Assembly (NCBI GenBank): GCA_000934665.2
Contig: KZ538226.1
Location: 1-64,000, forward strand
Reading direction: 5' to 3'
From: Catajapyx aquilonaris
Lineage: Eukaryota
DNA length: 64,000 bases
Below the pieces are notes generated by a model. It saw nothing but the letters and a program-made list of their open reading frames with translations. It searched no databases and was not told where the DNA came from. This document shows positions 11,100-20,939 of this stretch, piece by piece. Made by a program: the position numbers and the translations under genes. Each line of letters starts with the position of its first letter. Within the stretch, counting starts at the first letter, position 1.

Positions 11100-11129
11100 G
11101 TGGAACTTATACTATAGTATAAGTTCCAC
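11100..11129. repeat. Perfect 30-bp palindrome
   Basis: gtggaacttatacta followed directly by tagtataagttccac, its exact reverse complement, with no spacer. Confidence 0.9.
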
Positions 11130-11533
11130 CACCCTGGGTAAATTTCTCTCGAGGACTGTAACATATTTAGCAAAAGAAAAGGAAAAAAAAAATCACAAAG
11201 TCCACATCAGGTACTATGTACATTAGGCCTGCGCAATGCCTAACTATAATAATTTTGACCAAAATGTGACAATGATTCTTCTGAATTTCATGCCGTCAGA
11301 TAATATTGAGGGAACTGTGGTGCTGTTTGTCAATATTCCACATTTAACCTTCTATAACGAAGCAGTAACTTTAGGAAGTTTATCTAATACTGTAACAGCT
11401 GATAATGTAATGAAGTCCGCACTTTACGCACTGTGAAAATGTGCTAACTTGTGAAAAATATGATTCCACCATTGGCAATAATTGTCACTAATGAGTGAAA
11501 TGCTCACTGTTCAGAGATAACATTACTGCTAGT

Positions 11534-12331
11534 CAGTGGCGGATTTCCCATTAGGCACAATAGGCACTGGCCTAGGGGCGGCCGCCCTGTAGGGGCGGCC
11601 GCGAGTTGCAATAAATAATATTTCTCAAATACAATAATAAGAAATGATGGCGAGATCACAAAGAAAAGCAAATTGTTGACAGCTTGAATTGCCACTACAT
11701 GCAGAAAAGGTAATTGCCAAAGGGCGGCCGCCCTCCGGGCGGCCATAACTTTCTATGTAATATTTTCGGTTCTCAAACTGTGGGGCGCCCCNGGGGGGGG
11801 CGAATCCAAAAATTATGTGACTCGAAACAGGAAAAAAGTCGCACTGATTAGGTAAGATCGAACTACTTTTCAGGGCTTACTGTAGCGTACAGTTCTACAC
11901 AATTTGTGCAGTTCTAAAAGCCAAATGTGCAGTTCTGAATAAGGATTTGTACAGTCAGATAATAGCAGACAGGTCAGTTATATCCGGATTCAACTGTGCT
12001 TGGACATTGGCACTGCTGGAAATATGAAGGGACCGATCTTTCTACTTGCTTATATCCGATGTGCTTACAATATAGGAGGATTCCACTGTACTTTGTCAGG
12101 TATTACATTCACCTAAGATTGTGTGACCTTGAACAAAAAAAAATTTCGCCTGCGGCGGGCGTATTCAGTTTGGGGGGAGGGAGGGGGAGGGGGGGCGAAA
12201 TCTGAAATTNNNNNNNNNNNNNNNNNNNNNNNNNNNNNNNNNNNNNNNNNNNNNNNNNNNNNNNNNNGGGGGGGGGGGGGCGGCCGTATCTCAAGTGCCT
12301 AAGGGCGGCCGGGGGGGTAAATCCGGCGCTG
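11534..12331. mobile_element. Non-autonomous hAT-like DNA transposon (MITE) with 8-bp target-site duplication
   Basis: Identical 8-mer ctgctagt at 11526..11533 and 12332..12339. Imperfect TIRs cagtggcggattt / aaatccggcgctg. Subterminal gggcggccgc and taggcac motifs occur at both ends. An 8-bp TSD is typical of hAT elements. Confidence 0.82.
12210..12267. other. Assembly gap (N run) next to a poly-G tract
   Basis: Run of n characters flanked by G-rich sequence. Confidence 0.98.
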
Positions 12332-12425
12332 CTGCTAGTCAGATCTAAATGAATGTTTCGATTCCAGCCAAAATGAGCAGCATTTTTTCTCTCTCTTTTA
12401 CCCTGAAACACTCCACGAAACCAAC

Positions 12426-12650
12426 GGTAACAAGGTCATACCGCTCTCTCTCTCTCTGCCGACTAGCAACATGTATAGGGGAAAGTGTCCATATTTCGAC
12501 CATACGCCTAATTCCGACCACCATGCTATCTCAGTGGCAACGTGTTGCAAATTTTCGACTACATCGACAGTGGGAAAATGACACAAAGGCGAAATATATG
12601 TGATTTGGGAGCACTGGTGCGAACATCCATACGGTATGACCTTTGATACC
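12426..12650. mobile_element. Possible MITE remnant defined by imperfect terminal inverted repeats
   Basis: ggtaacaaggtcataccg (12426..12443) versus cggtatgacctttgatacc (12632..12650). No clear TSD. Confidence 0.45.
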
Positions 12651-12947
12651 AGTTTGTTTTTAACCGCAGGGTGGACAGCAGTTCATTGACGATAATTTTC
12701 CAGCAATATTAAGCTACGTACGTATGTTAACACTTATTTTAGCCTATAATGTTGTTTACACTGTTTATCTTCTGATTTTCTGGTCAGGTTGGTCAAGGGA
12801 GATGAATGGTGATTAAAGGAAAGGCGATGCGAAAATAAAACTCCAGGAAAATACAGCTACAATTTACTGCAGTTTTCTCGTTTACATTCTTGATTCCCGG
12901 AGACCTTAAAAAGGTCAGCGGTGAAACGATTGAAAGATTGATTGTAG

Positions 12948-15071
12948 TTAGGACAGAACAGGCATGGTGGGTTCCTTGATCTCGATTGATTCAACAGTTT
13001 TAGGTCCGGAGCTGTTCAGAGGTTCAGCAACTGTATTTCGCAAATTAGTAATGCAAGAGGAGGGCTGTTCGGGTTTGCGGAACTTAGATAAGACCTCCAT
13101 TATGAAGCACACGATTGTTATCACCCAGCCATAGGAAATGAGCATGATGGGACCATACAATTTTTTCACTGTGAGAGGCCTGCTCTCCTCCTCTTCCTCG
13201 CTCAACATCCCTTCCTCCGACTCTTCTTCTTCTTCTTCACTCTTAGTCCACTGGCGACGCTGGACCTCCTTCAAATACTTACGGAACACACTGTAGAGTT
13301 CGATGTGCTGCAGATACTGTATTATTCCATTGTCAAATATCCGAAGAGGCATTTTGCTCAGGTGTGGAAAGAAGGACTTGTCCCTGAGACTGGAAGTACC
13401 AGTGTAAAGGTCTAACGTGGGTTCTGTGTTGTCCCTCACGCGCAGCTTACCATTGCTGTCCACCACTCCTGCTTTAGCTATGTCCATAAGTAAACTAATT
13501 CCGATGCAGCTAAAATAGTCTGCGTCAGCTGCTTTTTCAATGCATCCAGTGTAGCTGCTCATCATCTTCAGTTTCTTTGCAATCTCGTGGTAGTAAGAGT
13601 GACCTTCCACTTTCTTCGCCAGCATACTGTACAAGAAAACCATTTCCATGTGACCGCCCATTTCAAAATGCGAGTTGCTGAGTTCTTCCAGTGTGGTTGG
13701 AAGATTCTCCTTCTTAGGGACGGCCACAAAAGCGAAAACCATTTCTTGGTAACCACACGAAAGGATCATGGCCACGAAAAACCAAAACAGAACAAAGATT
13801 CTCGCCGCATGAGCTCTTGGGAACTCTTCGTTGGGCATCTGCTCAACCAAGGCACCTGCGCAGGAGTGAACTGCGATGTCTCCAATGTCATTTCCTGAAA
13901 CTGGGTACAAGGACGCTTCTATTTTGATCAGTTTCCAGGTGACTCCGATTGCAAAAGCAGTTCCTAAAGCGATCAAGACCCAGACCCCCGGCTGGTAAGG
14001 CCAGAAGACAGTCTTCCATGTCCACAGGGGTTTGGGGAATCCGGTGACAAAGTTAAACCGAAGGTAGGTGTTTGGGTACATGTATTTAACATGCGACATG
14101 TCTTCACCTTGGTAAAAGGAAGCAAAGCAGAAATATGCTTGGTCTGTCATCAGATCCTTAATTGGTGACAGCCACGTTCCGTTGCTAAGGCGAGTCCTTT
14201 CCAGCATCTCTGGGACTATTGTCATTTCATAGGTGCTCCAAGTGAAGTTAAACTTGTCACTGTATAACAGAATTAGCGCTTCGGAGAAATCAAGAGACAG
14301 TCTGCCATACTTCTTCCTCTTGTTCATGGCCTCGTTTCCATCAATATTTCTCAAGAAGACGCCTCTTATATGCCTCCCATGAAAGTTTCTTGCCAAATCC
14401 GGGAACATGTCCCCTACTCCCATTCCAGGATGCTGTCCCAGAGTTGTCTTAGAGTGCTTTCCCTCGTCGCAAAAGAAGCAAATGGTGGCCAGCTCCAGTG
14501 ACCCTCCATCAGGAGAAGGCTTGATGGCCACCTTCCACCTCATCCCCAGCATGCTGTTGGTCCTGACCTCCTTTGGTGAAATGGCCTTGTCCGGGTCTTC
14601 CCTTGTCCAGATGATGACATGGTCTTCTCCTTCTCGGATTTGGATTGTTGTTGAGACGAAGATGCTCATCCGGTTGACCAGCCCGGATGTCCTGGTGGTG
14701 AGCAGCTGCACCAGACAAGGACCAGCCCATACCTTGGAGTGAAAATCCCAATAATCTCGATGTGATGCGTCATCAGGCACTGAGAAGATCTTCGGTGGAG
14801 AGAGAGCCAACAATTGTCGATACTCATTGCTTGCTGTTGTTAACAGCTTTAGTATTTCCTTCGGAACAAACACAAAGTCATGGGCCAGTAAAAGTGTGCA
14901 CTTGGGTAACTTCTCGTCCAGGATGCCTCGCACCAAGTTGGAAATGAGTTCTTCTGTTGTCCTATTGATTCCACTCTTTGAGTGAATGAAATGTGCAGGC
15001 ACCAAGACTTTATCACCCGACAACCCCAAGAATAATAATAATAACACTGTTCTGAGAGTCATGGCCATCAT
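12948..15071 (-). CDS. Divergent ionotropic receptor, intronless, 707 aa (IR copy 3)
   Basis: Signal peptide MMAMTLRTVLLLLFLGLSG and the same IR motifs as copies 1 and 2. More diverged at the N-terminus, late S2 and C-tail. Confidence 0.9.
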   Translation of the reverse strand: MMAMTLRTVLLLLFLGLSGDKVLVPAHFIHSKSGINRTTEELISNLVRGILDEKLPKCTLLLAHDFVFVPKEILKLLTTASNEYRQLLALSPPKIFSVPDDASHRDYWDFHSKVWAGPCLVQLLTTRTSGLVNRMSIFVSTTIQIREGEDHVIIWTREDPDKAISPKEVRTNSMLGMRWKVAIKPSPDGGSLELATICFFCDEGKHSKTTLGQHPGMGVGDMFPDLARNFHGRHIRGVFLRNIDGNEAMNKRKKYGRLSLDFSEALILLYSDKFNFTWSTYEMTIVPEMLERTRLSNGTWLSPIKDLMTDQAYFCFASFYQGEDMSHVKYMYPNTYLRFNFVTGFPKPLWTWKTVFWPYQPGVWVLIALGTAFAIGVTWKLIKIEASLYPVSGNDIGDIAVHSCAGALVEQMPNEEFPRAHAARIFVLFWFFVAMILSCGYQEMVFAFVAVPKKENLPTTLEELSNSHFEMGGHMEMVFLYSMLAKKVEGHSYYHEIAKKLKMMSSYTGCIEKAADADYFSCIGISLLMDIAKAGVVDSNGKLRVRDNTEPTLDLYTGTSSLRDKSFFPHLSKMPLRIFDNGIIQYLQHIELYSVFRKYLKEVQRRQWTKSEEEEEESEEGMLSEEEEESRPLTVKKLYGPIMLISYGWVITIVCFIMEVLSKFRKPEQPSSCITNLRNTVAEPLNSSGPKTVESIEIKEPTMPVLS

Positions 15072-16006
15072 TGTTCCTTCCTATACAGAATAACCAATAG
15101 TCACGTATGCAAATGGAAGTCAAGAGTCCTCTCTCTTGGCCAACACACTGTAATTAGTGGTTTGTGGTTAATGTGATTGAACAAACGTGTGGAAATGGTC
15201 TTACACGCGTCAAACACAACCGAATGGGTTTCACTAGGGTCCAACTGCTACTCGTTAGTCTGCAGAGGCTGAATCTTCAACGTCATTCCTGGTAAAGGCT
15301 ACTAGAGTGTCTGAGGATATGAGCTGTATGCTACGTATTGTACGACGTCATTACCAGAGTAACCACAGGATGTACTGGGCAATTGCACTGCATTATCTCC
15401 TTTCCACGTATGATACATTACTAATAAGGTCAATATCACACAGTTTGCCGCAATACTTAATTAGAGTGGTTTCCAGTTTCTATGCTCTACCTGGGCCTGA
15501 TAAGGGCCTGATAAGGAGTGTTATTGATGTGGCATATTGAACCCTCCAAAGCCCACACTGCTGGCCTTCAACATCAGCAGTTGGCAAATGTCACACAACA
15601 ACCTTGATAAATTTTCAATGTCATCCTGCAGGATTTACATGTCGCTGCTAAATATTTTTTTTAAAGTTACGAAAATGCATCTTCCCTCAATAAATAGAAA
15701 AATCTCTACCATGGATCATCTCCTTCAACTTGAAGAAGAATTTAACACAACTATCAAGTATGAATTGATGCGTTTCTGTGATATCGCCCAGAATGTCAAT
15801 TGCGACTATTACAATTATTATGAATTACTGTAGAATTAGTTCAAGGCATATTAAACCATATAGCCCAGATATTCACACAGTAGAAATGCTGTACTTCAGA
15901 ATGCCAGTTTTAATATTGCATGACAATAAAAGCAAAAGGGTGACCGATCTTTCCTGTGCCTCTCCTCCTGGCGCAGTAGTTACTGTAGTGGTACACGACT
16001 TTCTTC

Positions 16007-16625
16007 TTACTTCCTGCACTTTCGGACCTACCAATAAAGCAAAGCCCGTTTCACCATAGTAGGAAACAGACAACATTCACTGTAACGTACCTTCTTCAGT
16101 GGTGGTGAGTCATCTCTGTCAATCACCACCCAGTCTATGCTGTCTGCAGCTTTCTCCCACCCGAGAGACAGCTGCCTCCACAGGTTTCCATCAGCTTTGA
16201 TTCTCCAGCACTGCTCCCATAGTTTCTTCCTCTTGTAATTGGACTTGTGCAGCTGAAGTGTTAAATTGTGGATCAGCTCTGCCGTCATCACATTTTCTGG
16301 CATTTCTACATCGTCAGTCACTTGTGCCAAGTGCAACCTGATCAGGTCACACTTCTCAAGAGGCCTTCTGCACAGGGGACAGTTAGGATAGCTGGAAACA
16401 AAACTAATTAAAATGTTATACTGGCTCCATAACACTCGGAAGTTGTTCTACGGCAAGAACAAACAACAGTCGGACACACTTATGCCATGATTGCGAGATC
16501 AATGAGAGAAACCTTTTCACCCACTGCGAAACACAGTCGTAGTGGTAGACATGTCCACAAGGTGGGCTGCAAATCTCAAGTGAAGGCCAGAACTTCTTCA
16601 AGCACAATATACAGCCCATCGACAT
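16007..16625 (-). CDS. Small RING-H2 finger protein (TRAIP/NOPO-like RING), ~144 aa; exons 16625..16513, 16391..16091 and probably 16027..16007
   Basis: Splicing 16512..16392 (GT-AG, phase 2) joins CILC...CGHVYHYDC-VSQWVKSYPN-CPLC into a complete C3H2C3 RING. A helical segment follows. A probable 63-nt intron (16090..16028) gives a basic end, PPLKKVRKCRK*. If that intron is retained, the stop is at 16028. Confidence 0.78.
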
Positions 16626-17152
16626 CCTACAAGGCCAAGGTGCTTCTATGGAAACAGCACAACAATGCTCGGAACTGTTGTCATGCGATGGCCTTTCAGC
16701 TTCACCAGGGCTGTGAGGCCCAACTCCAATAAATCCAGAATAAAACGGTTTTTAGAAATTTTGGGAGTTGGGCCCTTTGGCAAGTGACGTCTTCAATATG
16801 CGCTACACATTTCATCAGAAGCCTCTATTGAATTCCCTGGGGAAAATTGCAAATATTCCTCAAATGTATCGTTTACGTTAGGTGCAATAATGACACTTCA
16901 ATGACAATTTCTATGGAAACTGTTGCCTTTTTTCATGGAACAGAAGTAACAGAAATTTAATTTTGTCGCTGATAATTCACTGTAAGTTTACTATTAATGT
17001 TCCTTTTTGGGATTGTGATATGGATTAACATTAAACATGTTAGACTCTTTCATAAGTAGTCGTACTCAACATAAATTACTTCGAGCCCAGCTCAATCAAT
17101 AATTTTACATTTTCTTCAAGGGATGTCTGTCACTGTAGTTTAATGTGGCAAT

Positions 17153-19059
17153 ATGGAAGACCATCGACCAAGGAACCTAAACACACCACTGACAAATGCA
17201 ATAAACTACGGATTGTGGAACGAAGCTACGAGAATAGTAAATGAAGCCGAACATGGAGCAGACATACTCAATCAAGGTTTGTAATTCACATACGAACAAG
17301 TATATTTGCAGTAAATATAATCATACTCATCAATCCAAAAGATTGCAAATGTGCAATGCGTAAAATAATGCAATAGTAGTTTATAATATTTCTGACTTCT
17401 TTCTTTTAGGCCCTTTCTGTGGGAGGCCTCTCTCACTAGTTCTTGACATTCAAAAGCGCTGGAATAAAAGACCAATGAATCTGAAATTAGCGAAGATGCT
17501 GCTGCAGAAGGGAGCTGACACTGAGCCGTGGACATTTGTGGAAACTTACATGGACCAGTTTGTTCACTCTTACCTTGAAATGTGGGGACGCTTCAGAAGG
17601 GAATCGAAGAGGTAAGAACTAAACATTTCTGGCATTTATATAACACTTGCGTTCATTACGTTGCCACATTGAATGTCTCCAGATACGCCAACCACGATGA
17701 AGACAGTTTTCCATATGTAATTGGACTAAATGATGAGCAGAACATGAAACCGAGCGAAGCCAAGCAGCAAATGCATCAATTTGCACACATGTTCCTCGGT
17801 AAAAACGGAACTAGACACAAAATTTTATAATCTTGCGCTCGCTTTCTGTATCCTGACTCTTGCAGATCATTACGTCAGTGCATACCACAGAGTGTTTTCT
17901 AATGACATTTTGATTGACATATTGGGACACCCTGGAGCTGACATTGACATACTCAAGCTGGTTTGCTCGACAAACTCGGAGAGTGTGAATACTACTGATT
18001 ATCAGAAGCGTACTATGCTAATGCATGTCTGCTTTAATCGTACACCACAGACACATTTGCTCGAGTATATGTGGACATTCCCGGAGGTCAGTGTTATTGG
18101 TGGACCGCAAATGCTATCAACATTTTACAAAAGTTGCACGCACTTCAGTAGTGACGTAAAATTACACGATGCAAATATTTAAATCATTACAATCACAACA
18201 GGTTCCAAATGTACACATGCTGGACAACCACAACAGGTCAGCTTTGTGGTACGCCATGTGGAGAGGCCATGCAGACCTGGCGTGCTACCTGTGCTCAAAG
18301 GGTGCCACGAGCAGTCACAGTGGCCATGCTTATGTGAAGGGCAAGGGGCAAAGGTCACGCTTTGTGGTGCCTCCCTTGCTGGCTTCTACGCTGGATGACT
18401 CCAGTCCTTTCAGCCATTTTTACTTCTGGTGCCGTCGACCAGGCAGCAGGTTCAACAAGTGGCAGCTGGACAAGGTCATTCACCGCACAGTGTCTCCAGT
18501 AGTGGATGCTGGGTACCTCAGTGACCAAGGGACTTTAAAGGAGATCTTCAGGCTCATTCAGACAGTGTCAATGTTCCCACACCTCGGCACCAGCAGCAAT
18601 GTACATCGCAACTGTGTAGTGGCCCTCATGTTCGGATGCTTAAGCTCTGGGCTTCAGCAGCTGTGCGTCCGACGCATCATCTCCCATGTTTTCTTCCAGC
18701 CCTACAAAGGTAGGTGTCATTGCCAAATTCAAAGGGGTACATGCAACACTGACAGTTCTTTTGGGTCAGCAGGTGCCACTATTTTGAACCTCCTCTCTGA
18801 CGGCCAGGTGGACCACTTTGACTCATACAACAAGATGTCCACCGAGGCATCACGACAGATGTATATAGCATCGTCCATCACACCGAAGGTGACAGAGTGT
18901 CTGATGGATGCCTTGGGCATTCCTCGCACCTTGAAGGCATACATTGAGACGGAGGCAGCGAAGATCCAACTATGTGCTCATATTAACCAGTTCGAAGAGA
19001 AAACTCGTGGCAACCTGATGATAGACAGTGATGACAGTGATATTGACCTATTTGAATAA
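17153..19059 (+). CDS. Ankyrin-repeat protein with a SOCS-box-like C-terminus, ~485 aa; exons 17153..17276, 17410..17611, 17683..17798, 17866..18086, 18202..18709, 18773..19059
   Basis: All junctions are GT-AG and phase-compatible (1458 nt total). Ankyrin-like segments: TPLTNAINYG, LKLAKMLLQKGAD, DNHNRSALWYAMWRGHADLACYLCSKGA. LQQLCVRRI and LGIPRTLKAYI resemble the two halves of a SOCS box. The last 63-nt intron is in frame and uncertain. Confidence 0.75.
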
Positions 19060-19222
19060 TAGAACCTACTTTACATCACGACCACACATGCACTGAACTT
19101 GGTCTTGTTACTGTTGTGTCATACCATACCTTAAGAAGTTGAAGTTGTCGGGAGAACAAGTTTCACCACGACATGGCTGGTCATGCAGAAATTTTTAAGT
19201 TTTACAGGTTTGAACATACAGC

Positions 19223-19438
19223 ATTGTCGGCATATAAGTGAAATCACAAAGTCCTAAAGAACAGTTTCGAGATAATCGGTAGCAAAGATTGCACTTACTT
19301 ACATGATGTTAGTGAAGACAGACAACCCAGCTTTTCAGACTCATTATGAATCGTTCGGACTTAATGGACTTAGAAATTAGCGGTATAACGCAAAACTGTC
19401 AAAATTGGACAGTGGATTTCCCTTATATGCCCGCAATA
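19223..19438. mobile_element. Possible degenerate MITE between convergent 3' ends
   Basis: attgtcggcatataagtgaaatc...gtcc pairs imperfectly with ggacagtggatttcccttatatgcccgcaat. Confidence 0.45.
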
Positions 19439-19726
19439 TAATAAGATTTATAACAACCAATTATTTTTCGCAAACCTTTACTGCACAGCCAGTCTCTTAA
19501 AGATTCATGTTATAAAATTGATCGAAAATAGGATCATGGCCGGTGTACTTCTGTAGACCATCTGGAGTAACACCAGTTGCTATGGGCACATGGTAAATGA
19601 TGTACGTACTTCATCGTGGCATCAACTGTGAGTACTTCTCCGTGGTCACTCTGTCCTGAAGCAACAAGGTTTTCCTTAGTGGAAATCAAATTTCTCTCGA
19701 TCATGATCAGCAACCTCTACATACCT

Positions 19727-20765
19727 TTATGCGAGTGCAGAACACCTTAGGAACCAGCTCTGTATTTTCGGATTGCGTTTCAGGGGGAACTGTTGCATGG
19801 CAGACCACACCACAGCATCAGCAATGGACGGATTTTTCCCTGCCAACCAATCAGCACTGGCAAGACGGTTCTCAAGGGACCGTACCGCTGCTGCCTGTTG
19901 CTTCGGGTTTCCATGGATGAGAGACGAGTGGGCCAGATCCAGCCACATGTCGACTTCCGCCACACTTGCTTCATCCTGCAGCTCATAGTTGTAAGGTGCC
20001 GACATGAGACGTGACAAATATCGTGCCACATTGGCTTCACCTTCAATAGCCTTTGAGGGACTTACTAGTAACGACACATCTCGTTGGCCTGGAATTAAAA
20101 TCGATCAGGTCTCATTCTGTATAACATGCATTAAAAGGGCTTGCCTGCTTTCCATATCAATGTTAGCGCTACTTGGCATGTGCTTCTATCGTTGCGACCT
20201 CGTTTTGCTAAAAAATCATGGGCGACTTTGTCGTGCGGCAGCGACGAATGAACGTGAGTACAAGCGTACACATTGAGCTGTTTCATCCAATTCATCAAAA
20301 TATGCAACGAGTACGGTGCACGCTCCGGATCGCATGTGATAACCAAATCCTGGATAACTCCTCCCTATGGATAAGTTCGTGGTTGTAACTTTGATCTTTT
20401 TTTTTGAACAACCGATGAAATACCTGTCGTGCGGTTGTCGCGCGATGTTGTTCAGCACGTGGCTTGATCCGCGACGTCAACTCCTTAACCTTTTCCATCA
20501 GATCCTTCAGCTGCCTCAACACATTCTCCTGCTGTTCAGACACTTCCAGATAATTCTCCCAATGTTCCTTCTGAAAAAGTTATTTCAAACACATTTACAT
20601 CAACTTCATTTTTGTACTTTTTTTAACAACATGCTTCACCTCGGCCGGGGTCAGGTTGCCCTCCAGGTCCTCAGCCATCACCCCTTGAACCTGAGGGAGC
20701 TTGTACATGACCGTGGGCAGCTCCAGCCTCTTGGGAAGGTCACAAATGGGTTGCAATCTGTACAT
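19727..20765 (-). CDS. AIMP2: Aminoacyl-tRNA synthetase complex-interacting multifunctional protein 2 (p38/JTV-1); exons 20765..20640, 20570..20424, 20349..20145, 20088..19727
   Basis: N-terminal MYRLQP...ELPTVMYKLP LysRS-binding motif and coiled coil QENVLRQLKDL. Also DLVITCDP..PYSL, HVHSS and LTLIWK, plus a GST-C-like domain (IEGEANVARYL, VDMWLD, SIADAVVWS). Exon 3 has an alternative in-frame acceptor 15 nt upstream. Confidence 0.9.
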
Positions 20766-20939
20766 TTTTGCAGCCCAAAATGTTAAGGGGGAAAAAAAAG
20801 GACCACGCCGGATGTTGCAAGCCTGTTGGCTCCACTGGCCCAGTTGGCGACACTGGTTTGCAAGATGGCGGCGACCATGCGTAATATTTCGGTCTAATTT
20901 TTTTGGGGATATATTTATGACTTTGGCTGTTTATTAATT
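20766..20939. promoter_or_regulatory. Putative bidirectional promoter of AIMP2 and ABCB8, with a YY1/Pho consensus site
   Basis: Only 174 bp separate the divergent ATGs. CAAGATGGCGGC lies at 20861..20872. TGGCGACACTG at 20845..20855 resembles the Motif 1 housekeeping element. Confidence 0.65.
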
